The notes under the pieces: model-generated
The model's database searches: none
Told to the model about the DNA's origin: nothing
What the model saw: the letters and a program-made list of their open reading frames with translations, nothing else
Assembly (NCBI RefSeq): GCF_009834535.1
Contig: NC_045697.1
Span: 66,094,001 to 66,158,000, forward strand
Source: Camelus ferus
Taxonomy: Eukaryota
Length of the DNA stretch: 64,000 nucleotides
Reading direction: 5' to 3'
Made by a program: the position numbers and the translations under genes
In this document: piece after piece, positions 52,031 through 64,000 of the stretch
Position numbering within the stretch: position 1 is the stretch's first letter
Layout: each line of letters opens with the position of its first letter

Positions 52031-52914
52031 TTATTAACAATGAAACTTTTTCCTTGAAAATCTGTCTACTGATGTCTTACATTCATGGACATTGTATCAC
52101 TACAGATAGATCTAAATTCTAAACTAGCAGCAGCAATTTGGATCATCTCTAATGTTGATTGGATTGTATGGGAAGAGAGGTAAAGAGAGTGGGAAGCCTC
52201 AGGGAGTTATGTTTTGAAATTTTGACTTAAAAAATAACCAGAATGTCAAGTTCACTAGAAGTCTCAGTCAAACTGTTGCAGCATTGTAAAGTAAAGGTTG
52301 CTTTTTTGCACTCTCCTTCGTTGCCCCATAAGAATTTCAAACATAAAAATTAGAATAGTATAATGAACCCTCATGTACACATCACCAGCTTCAGTTACCA
52401 GCTCATGTCAGATTTTGTTTCATCTCTCTCACTCTCTCACTGTCACTTTCTCCCAATCATTTGTTCCACAGCTTCCCAGTCTGGGCTTTTCTGGTTCTGT
52501 TTTCTGGGAAATTATGATTAGAAGGTTAAATACTCCCACCAGTACCATTACATGGTCAGTAATGTGTTCTTTCATTGGGGAACAGTAATGTCTGGTTGGT
52601 TCTTTTTGTCCTGTACCTTTATCTCTTCTCTAGGTTTTGACATATTAAATTGATCTTCTTTGAGTCAAAACAGTTCTTTCCGATTTCTTGTCTTACTACT
52701 TTGAAAGGGATTCCTATATCCTAGCTTCTGATAGTCTCCTTGTGAAAAGTTTGTTTTTTCCCCTTACACGTAAAATTATTTGCTGCATGTCTTTCCAAAT
52801 GACTATAAACCACACAAGGACAGGGAATGGGTACCTTCACTAGCCCCTGTAGTACTTGCTAAGAAAAAAAAAAAACATAATAAATGATAGTTGGTTACAG
52901 AAAATAAGAAGTTT

Positions 52915-52982
52915 TTGTTTTTTAATTTTTAATTGGGTTTTTTTTTGGCGGGGGTGGGGAGTAATTAGGTTTGTTTGTTTGT

Positions 52983-53026
<44 letters not shown>

Positions 53027-53101
53027 ATGGAGGCACTGGGGATTGAACCCAGGACCTCAGGTATGCTAGGCGTGCACTTTACGACTGAGCTATACCCTCC
53101 C
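52915..53101 (-). mobile_element. tRNA-derived SINE (vic-1-like), copy 4, with an expanded (TTTG)n(TTTA)n repeat
   Basis: ggggattgaacccaggacctc...gagctataccctccc preceded by a (TTTA)n array at about 52970-53025. Confidence 0.9.
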
Positions 53102-54869
53102 TGACTTTTAAGTTTTGTTTTTTTGTTTATGGCGGTACTAGTTTTAGTGAAAAGAGTATAGACTTTAGAATCTTTTATCCTGCTTTGTGACCTTGAAATT
53201 TGAACCTTGGTTTACTCATTCAGAACTGGTGGACTGATCTTGCGGTTGTTGTGAGAGCTTAATGAGTTAATGAACAAAAGACACCTAGTAGTTTCTGGCA
53301 CATACAAGGCACATAATATATGTTCCTTTTTTTTTCCCCTGGTTATTCTTGTTGGTTCTTACACTCACATACATATCATACACCCACCCCACAATAGACG
53401 TGAGATTGATTTTTTTGGCCTATAATTTTAGGGTTTCATTTTTAAATAAAAAATTTTACCTGAAAGTTCTAGAAGAAAGTCATTAAAGTCTTCAAGGCAC
53501 AGATTCTTACATATTCTGTTTTTTATGTATAAATCTTTTCCCTGGAAAGCACTAATTGGGAGGTCACATTGTGGATGTGAAAATATAGTGTGCAGATACC
53601 TTCATGTGTCCTAGTGTCATTTTGTGACATGCCAAGTTTTTGGTTTATTTTGTTTTTTAATCGTGCAGTACATTAATAACATGGCTTTGGAATAGACTGG
53701 AAACTTTTTTTCTTAGCAGCCTATTCTAGGTTAGGTGTAAAAAGTATGTGTTAGTATAAACTACATTTTTAATGGAATTTTCTTATTATATCCCGTAAGT
53801 GTTCTATTTCTATTGCTTGAGCTTCTCTGTGAACTTAGAAATACTGTGATCAGAGGGATTATTTAAAGTTGTTAATGAGATTCTTGTCATAACTTGAAAG
53901 AATATGCTAAATAAGATATTATGAATCAAAATCATGTGTGGTTTTAGCCTGACAGATGGTTTTAGTTTAGTTTCCTTTATTCTGTTTTGGACTAGGGATT
54001 TTTCTTTTTGCCAACAAACAGCTTTCAGATAGCCACTGGGCTTTTTTCTAATCTTTTCACTGGAAGTGTATTTTTGTATAGTTCTTTAGGGTATATTTTT
54101 TTTTCAGCTAGCCGTATGGGAAACTTCTAATTCTGTTACAGCTTTTAAATTGTAAAGTATTCAGTGTGTTCTTTAGAAAAATAAATACAAATACATTCTG
54201 AAAGAAAGTCTCACGAACCAATTTATATAAGTGTTATATTGAAATTGATATTATATTTAAGTTTTATCAAATTATTGAATTGGTAACAGTTAACTTAATT
54301 CATGCAGTATTTTTCTAAGTTGTAGTCTCAGTTTAGGGTAAAATATGAAGTGACATAATTGGAATTTTGAAAGCTTGAAGGGTTGTACTTTGATGATAGA
54401 TAGGGAAGATATGTTTTAGCACAATCAATGTTACCATCTTATTCATATTACTATATGTCATAGTCACAGGAAGTGACAAAAATGGAGGCGAGCGATCTAG
54501 TATGAAGTTACTACATTTGGTACTATTACCTTTGGTAATGGATGTGAATCTGAGGTTTTGAAGACAAATCTTGATAGGAGACATTAACAATTTAGAGTTT
54601 CTCCTATAAAAGAATAGCTACCAGGGACAAAGTAACAAGCTTGCGTTTTGAGGAAAAAGATATATTTTATTTCAACACGATGAATTTGAGGTGGTAGTAG
54701 GATTTATTAAAGTGAGACATGAAAATTCAAGTGCAGGTTCTGTTCACACTTGATTAAGGTCATTAGTAGAAGTTTAACAAACTTTTTTCTCTCTCAAAGA
54801 AAGGAATTGAGATAGGCTTTCTATTTACTAGATCTGAACTGTTAAATTATTTTTCTTTTCACGCCATAG

Positions 54870-55070
<201 letters not shown>

Positions 55071-58000
55071 TAATACTTGTATGCACCTATTCATTATTTT
55101 AACTCAGTTGTATAAAAATTTTGAACTTATTTCTGTAGTTTGCCTAGGGAACTTAAATATGGAAGTGATAGGAAAACTAATGTTTAAAAGGAAACCCAAG
55201 GTTTCCTATAACAGCACATACGTGGTATATGAATTGTTTTTCATTGATTCCCCAACCCCCAAATCACATTATTTTACTCCATTATCACATTAAAAATTCG
55301 AGGGAGGAAATGTTGTGGTCTTACATAACCTATGTTTTCCTTTTCTGATGACAGATAATTTCATAATCACATAAACTGAAAAGGTTGTTTTGGCTACCTC
55401 TTTACTTAATTTGGTACTTCAAAGAGTCAGCTGCTCAGTTGCATCAATGTAAAAATTTGTCTTGGTTCAATTTATTTTTAATCATAAATGAAATGATCCC
55501 ATATATGTGATCAAATGTTTTAAATGCTTTCAAAAGCCCAAATTTTTAAATCTTTTTTGAGGTAGAAACACATCAAAAATGAAAAGGATACTTTTATTAA
55601 ATAGATTTTATAAGGAAAAATTATAAAAAGCATGCTAATAAAAAGTATATTCCCCAAGACTGCTACTTCCAATAAAATTCTTGCAAAAAATAAACACACT
55701 AAATCATTTTCACTAAAAAATTTGTCCCAACAGCCAGCACATACTAAAATGGTATTTTGTAGCTGTAAACATCCCTATTTTGCATGATTTGGGGCTATTG
55801 AGGGCGTTGTTTCAAACTTCTTTTAAAAGTTTATTTGTTTATTTTTAAGTGGTCTGGGAACTCAGAACTGTTCAGAGTACTTCCTTTTTTAAAGAATGTA
55901 TAAAATTGTTTATTGTGATAATGCATATAGAGTCAAAAGCATGTAAACAATCCAAGTTTCTAAAATCAGAAGCTAGTTAGAATGAATTATGGTATATCCA
56001 TACTCTGCAGTTTTATGTAACTTTAAAAATGAGTTATATCTGTTCAGAATATTTCTGATAGGTATTTAATAAGATTAGCACTAGAGTCTCATTAAAATTA
56101 ATTGCCTTAGTTGGTGATTTTATATACTTCTGGTATTTTTCTAAGTTAATGATCAAAGCATATTTGCTGATCATTGGTTAATTAAAAATCAAGATATGGT
56201 TACTGGCCTTTAATAGTAAGCTACAATCTTTTCTGTGCCCTTCTAGGGTGCTATGGGATGGTGTAGGGAAACGTGATGCAGTTCCCACAAAGAAGCTCTT
56301 TTCTCTGTTGCATAGAAAGAACTATGGCCATGCCAGCAAATTCATCTCCTAAAAGTGTAGTTGGAGCTGCTCCTTCTTGTTCTACAGCATTGGATATGGG
56401 GAGTTCTTCACTCTACAAGGCTTACTCAGTTGAGTCTACTTTATCATAATTTGGATTTTAAAAAATCAAGTCCTTTATTGCATCACTTAAAAAAATTTCT
56501 TTCTTAAACCCACGTCCACAAAGTCCTGTTACTTGTAAATAGTATGATAAGGTAATAAGCTATCTTTTCCATTAGAATGAGGATTTTTTTAAATGAAGTA
56601 TTGAATAGATGAGAAAAATAGTTTGGGTTTTTTTGTTTTTTTTTTTTTAATGCTTATTGGATCTAGTCCAAAGTACAACTTCTGAAAACCTGTATAGTCT
56701 CTCTAGAGTTTATTTAAATGCACTTTTAGGGGGTGAAATTTGTTGTCTTGGTTTTTGTTTTTAGCCAAAGTAAGTTGCACAAGCAATTTTTACTTGGTAA
56801 ACTGGCCAGGCATAATGGCTGCTTAGTATAGAAGCATTTAAAGTACTTTCCTTGCCTTGGGAAAGGATTTATTAGCACAAAGGAAAATGTCACACTGTCC
56901 TGATAAATAATCTGTTAAACTTTTGCTTAACAGAACAAATTCTTTGTGACAAAGTTTATTTTGAAGCAAAATTATATTAGCTCTTTATTTTCCTGTTATA
57001 AGAATCCCAACAGAAGGAAAATAGCCTTTTAGACATAAAAGAAATACAGACATACTGTAACTCCTTGTTAAAAATAAAGTCTTGCAAGGGAGAAAAAATT
57101 CTCATATGTATCTCAAAAACATTATCCATAATCTTTATTTTAAAATATCAAAGCTAAAATTGCCTAAAGTTAAAATAGAATACAGTGAGATTTGAAAAGT
57201 TGGGAAGAAAACCTCAATATTTCTCCTACTTTATTCCTATCATAGATGTGGCCATCTCTCAAGCTTTAGTGGTGTATCTAAGATTTATCAGCCCTAACCT
57301 GTTTTAACTGAAACGATTTCTGACATGTTCAGTATAAACTAATATCTAATCATGTGTGTCCTGTCTTTTCTGGGCTAAATCTGCCAAGGTTCTTCTGATC
57401 TTATTCGTCCTCAACCTGACAGGATGGTTTCATACCTGCTCCTAAAACAGTTGCTGTGAAACCATTTGACAGTGATGTAAATGCAGACCAGTGCTGCAGA
57501 TGTGATCTGACTAACTCAGAGTACTATGATGTAAATATTTTAGTAGTTTGGATACTTCTGTTAGTTCAAACTAATATTGTGGTAGTCTTTTCTGCACCCA
57601 TGTTATACTTAAAGGGCATAAATTTTTGGTCAGCTGGCATCCCTAATCTCTGTCACATGAACTACTTCAAAAAGTATCCCTAACCGTCTGCATTTTAAAC
57701 TCAAATTGAGCACACTGTACATACTCTCGTTTCCTGTTTCAGGCCTTTCTCACCTTTCAAAATAATTTTGATAGTAATTTCTCCGATGGGAAATTTAAAC
57801 CCAATTTAATTTTTACTCTGGAAAGATTATCATAGTAACTGTCTGGAAGGATTTTTTTCCCTCTAACAAAACAAGTAACTTTAAAGTAGCATTCTGCCTC
57901 GTTTTCTTTCATGACCTCAGAAAATCTTAAAATCAATTTTTTTCTTAGGGGGAGGTAAGAAAACTTTCAGTTTATAGATATTATAGTCCCCTATTGAAAA

Positions 58001-58889
58001 GAGATCGCTTACCTAATTCAGAAGACCTGGGCTGTTGTTTTTATCATTCAGGTAACCCTGAGCAAATTACATTCTTATGTATAAACTAGTGGTTGGAGTT
58101 TATATGCAGTCATGAAAATTTTTAGAAAACTGTGGAATGTCAAAATAAATGGAAAATATGATTGTATGGCATCTAAATATTAGAGACTGCTAGAGAAAGA
58201 ATATAGCTGCCCTGTTTTAAAAATTTGTCTTAATAAGTGAATTGAATTTTTTAAAAAGGTACTTAGTCAAAACTGCATTTTCATTGATCCTTCTGCATTC
58301 TGGAGAAAGCATATGTTATGGGTAGCACTGTTGGGATACTAAGCAACAAAACGTTAAGTGTAATTTAAGTAAATCTAGCAGAGGAGCAAATACACACACA
58401 TACTCACATATTTTTAAAACAAATATTTCAATATAACAAAAGTATTTAATGTCCTGGTCAAAACAACTACCAGAGTTGCTTTGTGATTGTGGATGAAGCA
58501 GTTTTATTTGAATGAAAAAGGTAATGTAGTAAATGATTCTCAAAATTTCTTCATTGCTTTTTAAAATTGTGTGTATAGTGAAGAATATTTTAATAGACTT
58601 ACTTCTCAACATGTTGGTGATAAAGAAATTTAGTAATTTTTGTTGGTTAATTTCTTGGCTATTTGTGATAGATTTACATTGGTTTAGGATGTTGGCCCTT
58701 GGATGCATTTATAAGTGATATAATATGCCTGCATTACCGGGTTTCATCATTTTCATGGAATATGAACCTTAATGTGTGGGGGGTGACCAACAGCATTAGG
58801 AAGGACTCAGAAAAATAATAGTGAATTCTATTTAAAAATAGTTTTGACTGTAGAGTAGGTGGGTCAGAGAGAGAGCTTTTTCACGTATG

Positions 58890-59130
58890 TTGTTACATGG
58901 TTAAGGGCTGAGCTCTGGATTAGACCTGGATTACATACCAGCTCTGCCACTGCAGACATGGATTTGGATAGGTGTGACCTTGGGCAAGTTGCTTAACTCC
59001 TCTGAATCCCAGAGAACTCTCATCTGTAAAATAGGGATGATAATAATAGTATCCACTTTATAGTATAGATTAAATAATGAGGCATGGAAAGCTCATTGTA
59101 TAGTGTCTGGAGTTCCACGATTAGCATTTA
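58890..59130 (+). mobile_element. MIR SINE
   Basis: tgtgaccttgggcaagttgcttaac...ctcatctgtaaaatagggatgataataatagt. Confidence 0.8.
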
Positions 59131-59589
59131 CTCTCACCACTAGTATAGTAGAATTTATTTGGATCTGAAAAGTATCTATGATAATATGTTCTGTTTATTA
59201 TTATTTCTATAGTGGCATAGAAATTGTATTGGGCAAGAAGGCAAAGACATTTTTAAGAGTGAACTGTAAAGACTTCAGCAATACTGCTGATTTCTCCTGC
59301 CTATACTTTTAATTTTTCAAATGAGACATGTTTTATAGACTGTACACTCCGCAGTTGAAATGTAGATTAAGATATATTTCTACCCCACCTCTTTTACCCC
59401 GTTCTAATTAAGGTTTCGTGGTTTCAGAATTTGACTCCTAGCATTTATCACACCCATAGCTGTGTCCACACCCCTTCCCTATGTGCAGATAGGGTGGTGT
59501 AACAGGAAATTAAGGGGCAGGATAAAAGCTGGAGAATGGGAAGCATGGCCTTGTCCTAGGTTTTCATGTTCATATGGTGTATGCTGTCC

Positions 59590-59830
59590 TAGTGAGTATA
59601 AGAATGAGCTTTTGAGTGAGAGAGACTTTCTGAGTTAAAATCTTAGCTGTAAGACTTTGTAGCTTTGCAACCTCAGGCAAATTACTGAGCCTTGGGTTTT
59701 TTTAATCTGTTAAAATTATGGTAATAGCTACCTTTATAGGATATTAAAAGACTGAATGAAGTTATACTTCAAAATGTTATCTTTGTATATGTGTGTAATA
59801 GATGTTCAATAAATAAGTGCTATTAGTTTT
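59590..59830 (+). mobile_element. MIR SINE
   Basis: caggcaaatta...ctgagccttgggttt...atctgttaaaa...aatagctacct...atgttcaataaata. Confidence 0.6.
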
Positions 59831-60523
59831 TAACCACTTAAACTTTTAAAAAAATATATTGTTTTTGTCCCTTTATAACACTTCCATGTTACCTTCGAAG
59901 CAAGGGATTAGTCTGTTTATGTGTTTGCAGATTATATAAGATTTTGGACACTTCCCTGCTGCTTTCCACTGACTGGTGTTTGTTGTTGCCTAGCAAATTT
60001 ATGTTTATACAAAGTTTAAACATAAATACCAATATGCCTACAAGTTCTGGAGTTATACATACCACTGATATGAGAAGTGATTAGCATTCATTCAGAAAGG
60101 GTTTAAGTCAGTCTGACAAAGTAGTAAGTTATGTTTATGTTTTGGTCCTAATACTTTAAGTTTCTCCATGTGCTAATACTCAAATCAGTTCAGTACAATT
60201 TTCTAGTATAAACATTAGGTTAGTAATATGTTATCTATCATAGTTAATATTCTGGTCATTTATGTAGTAATTTTGATGGCATTACATTGTGATAAAATAT
60301 GAACATAATCTTTGTAATTCTTATTGCCAAAAGAAATGAATCAAATACAAAATAATACTTGAGAGATCAAAAAAATGTGTTATGTTTTGAGTTCATTTTC
60401 CTAAGTGTAGATAGCTCTTAACAGTAAATTAAAAGGTAAGATTAGAGTTAGGTACTTCATTGTAAACCTAAACCTTTTCTCAGAAAAGTAGTAGAGAAAA
60501 CTAGTAGAAGTATAAATCTATAA

Positions 60524-60724
<201 letters not shown>

Positions 60725-61821
60725 TAGTTTACTGCTCTTACCAAAGTATGTTGTAACCTTTCTCACCCCTTCTGGTTTTCTATTGCTTATCTTAGTTCTT
60801 ACCTCCTTGCTCGCCCCTCAAAAGTAAAAATAGATTTATTGTCTTTCTCATTATCAAAGTAATAAACATATGTGTTTTTAAAATTAAATATTACACAAAA
60901 ATAGAAAGAAAAAAACAAAATCAGCTTAATCCTGCCACCTTAAAATAAGTACTATTTTGGTGTATATCTTTGTAGAGTATTTTCTTCTGCTGGGGTGTGT
61001 GTGTATGCATACATACGTGCATGTACATACGTACACATATGTTACACTAAGTGAGATTTTACTATATGCGCTTTTCTATAGCTGCTGTTAAACTTTATCA
61101 TAGATACATGTTCTTGTCAATAAATAAATCTACACATTTATTATCAACATCATTTCAGCCATTTTCCTTTTATTAGATGTCTCTTGAGTTTCTTTTCTTT
61201 TCCAAATTATATTTTACTTGAAGCTAAACTTAGGAAGTTCATCATAGCTAATAATCTAGGTATTGTCATGTAGAAACTTGACCTTTAATCTAAACTTTAC
61301 CCTCCTTCTTCTAGCTATACTTTTTAAAAAGTGTTTATTAAAAATGAGTTATGTTCTGTGGAGAAAATGTTTATTAAATATATATGTATTACATTTTGTA
61401 TTAGATTTGCAAAATAAAAATAGCAAAAATAATAACCCTTGTTCTCTAGTTAGCTTCTAGTAAAGTAATCTTTAGTATTTTAAGGCAGTTCCCACACAGA
61501 CCTCATACTTCCATTAAAACAAAGATGCTGTTTTTCTGATAGAAAAGTGAATAATACATGCAGGATTTCAAAATAGTTAGATATTATATATAACATATAG
61601 AATAGTATAGTTGTGGAAACTGGACTTGGGAAGTAGATTTGGGCTCTGGGTCCCAGCTCTGTCTTTCATGGGCTGTCTAATCCTTACCAAATGACCTAAC
61701 CTCTCAGAGTCAATATTAATAAAACATAGGTAACTTCTGTACCATAAGATTATATTTGGTATCAAATAAGGTATATTATGTGAAACTGTTTTTGTAACAT
61801 GTAAAGGACAATATTTGTAAT

Positions 61822-62060
61822 AAGTTCGTGTCTGCCAGGGCTGCCATAACAAAATACGAGAGACAGGGTGGCCTAAACAACAGAAATCTTTACAGTCTGG
61901 AGGCTGGAGGGCTAAAATCAAGATGATGGCAGGTTTGGTTTCTCCTGAGGCCGCTCCCTTTGGTTTGCAGGTGGCCACCTTGCTGTGTCCTCATGTGGCT
62001 TTTTCTCTGTGCACACATCCCTGGTGTAAATTTGGGGTAGGGGGCAATTCAGTTCCTAAC
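61822..62060 (-). mobile_element. MLT1-type LTR fragment (a MIR fragment lies just upstream, about 61610-61815)
   Basis: agggctgccataacaaaata...gggtggcctaaacaacagaaat...ctggaggctgga...ggcaggtttggtttctcctgaggcc. Confidence 0.8.
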
Positions 62061-62107
62061 AGTTGGTAATGTTTAGCTCTCCTGAGGAGCTCACCTCCTC
62101 GATAGCC

Positions 62108-62690
62108 TTTTTTTTTTTAATATGATACTTTAATGATGTATAATTTACTTGAAATAAAATACAGAAATATTCAGCTTAATGACTTTATATGTATATGTAC
62201 ACCCGTATGTACATGCCTCTGAGATCAGCATTTCCATCATCCCAGAAAGTTCCGTCATGTTCCTTTTCAGTCATTACCACCACTACTATTCTGATGCCTA
62301 TCGCCACAGAATAATTTTTTCTGATTTTGAATTTTATATAAATAGATCCATACAGTATATACTGGTTGATCCTGGTTCATTTTGGTGCATCATAAAGTTA
62401 CTATGATTCATCTGTGTTCTTACATCTATCAGCAGTTTGGTGCTTTTTTTTTTCCTTTTTCTTTTTGTGGGGTAGGGGAAGGGAGGCATGTGGTAATTCA
62501 TAGTATAAATATGCTGCAATTTGTTTATTCTCCAGTTGATGGCAATTTAGGTTATTTCCAGTGTGTGACTGTTATAATAAAAGTACATCAGCATTCTTAC
62601 ACAAGTCTTTTTATGTACATACACTCTCATCTCTTGAATATATTCTTAGGAGTGAAATTGCTAGGTAATAGGTATATATACAACTCCAAG
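62108..62690 (-). mobile_element. Old L1M 3' end
   Basis: Poly-T, catttccatcatcccagaaagttcc, gttgatggcaatttaggttatttccag, aggagtgaaattgctaggt. Confidence 0.7.
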
Positions 62691-63030
62691 TAGTCATTGG
62701 AACATCATTCTCTATCCATCCAGTACGTATTAAACTTTGGTTTATATTAACAGTTATATCCTTTTATGCAAGCAGAGGTCATCCATATTAATGTGTATCA
62801 CATATTAACTAGCAGTTGAGATACATCCTACTCATTAAACTAAATTGTAGTCTCATCTGGAGATTATGATATGTTTTATGTGTTACTGAGAACTAAGAAC
62901 ATGGTAGAAATTCTCAGTTGTATTATGAGGAATCATAATAAAACCAGAAATATTCTTTTTTCTTTAATTTTTCCAGTATTTATTTGGGTTTTTTATTTGT
63001 TTCAAAATTTAATATATTTTAAACTTTTAA

Positions 63031-63171
<141 letters not shown>

Positions 63172-63826
63172 TAAGTGTTTTATATTGGGAGAAGAAAAAC
63201 TGTGTGTATGTGCAGTTTCTTAGTTTGGGGAGGTGAATATCAAGTTCTGTGGTCTCCTTACACTTCTCCCCCCTTTGTGAATGTATATGTGTGTGTGATT
63301 GTACTGGATAGTCTTTTTAAAGAAAATAACTCCAGTATAAGTCAATTTATACAGCTTATAAGTTATTATAGATCAAATACCCTTTGATAAGATCATTTGT
63401 TTTATAATATTTTAAAATTATTTTAAAATTATTTAATTTAATTTCAGATAAATTAAATGTTTTTAAATTTATAATTAAACATTTATTGAGAAAGTATGCA
63501 GTTCATATCCACTTAGATTACTGTTTCATTCTTGCTTGATCGGAGTAAGAGAATGTTTGTACGTATGAACATAACCAAAAAAGAAATCACTTTTTAAGTT
63601 AGAAATTAATAATCAACTATAAATAGAATATTTGGCCCTCTGCTCTTCATTGATTTCTCAAAATCTCAAAGTCATTTTAATCATCAGGAATAAAATTGTG
63701 AAGGGTCTGTGATTTTTAAAAAACATTTTGTATTATTTAATAAAAGAAAATTTCTTGATAGAACTTGTCAAACTTTAGTGTTCATTTCATTACACACATA
63801 TACCCTGTTGTAGCAGATGCGAGTAA

Positions 63827-63952
<126 letters not shown>

Positions 63953-64000
63953 TAACATACAGTAAAGTACAATAAATACAATCAATACGTGTGTATCATT

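Noticed and set aside
58316..58718. A 130-aa minus-strand ORF and other intronic ORFs of 60-137 aa
   Set aside because: AT-rich random-like composition, many with non-ATG starts, no recognisable domains or splice context; expected by chance in 64 kb.
60995..61048. Alternating purine-pyrimidine tract as a Z-DNA or hairpin element
   Set aside because: Short, AT-rich and interrupted; best explained as a decayed microsatellite.

Overview
This is mammalian genomic DNA, not prokaryotic. It is most likely a camelid, inferred from four copies of a vic-1-like tRNA-derived SINE and no recognisable Alu, B1/B2 or Bov-A/B. The window holds the CpG-island promoter and the 5' part of SMARCAD1 (Fun30/Etl1-family SNF2 chromatin remodeller) on the + strand. 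There are two candidate non-coding first exons and 12 coding exons that join in frame (1735 nt, 578 codons plus 1 nt) from the ATG at 3204 through two CUE domains, the Q motif, Walker A/motif I and motif Ia; the gene continues past the window end. Exon numbers count the first non-coding exon as exon 1. Intron 9 carries a consensus splice donor at the position expected for the skin-specific short-isoform first exon, whose human donor mutations cause adermatoglyphia. The introns are full of decayed mobile elements: a near-full-length Tigger1, Charlie1, Tigger3, MER53, MER20, several antisense L1s, L2, MIR, MLT1 LTRs, and an ERVL pol relic with four nested insertions. I found no new biological system. 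The best leads are splicing features (candidate poison exon, cryptic donor, NAGNAG acceptors), a Tigger13-like element that retains transposase coding remnants, and a probable templated insertion at an L1 junction. Repeat family names and human comparisons come from memory of consensus sequences, not from any search.
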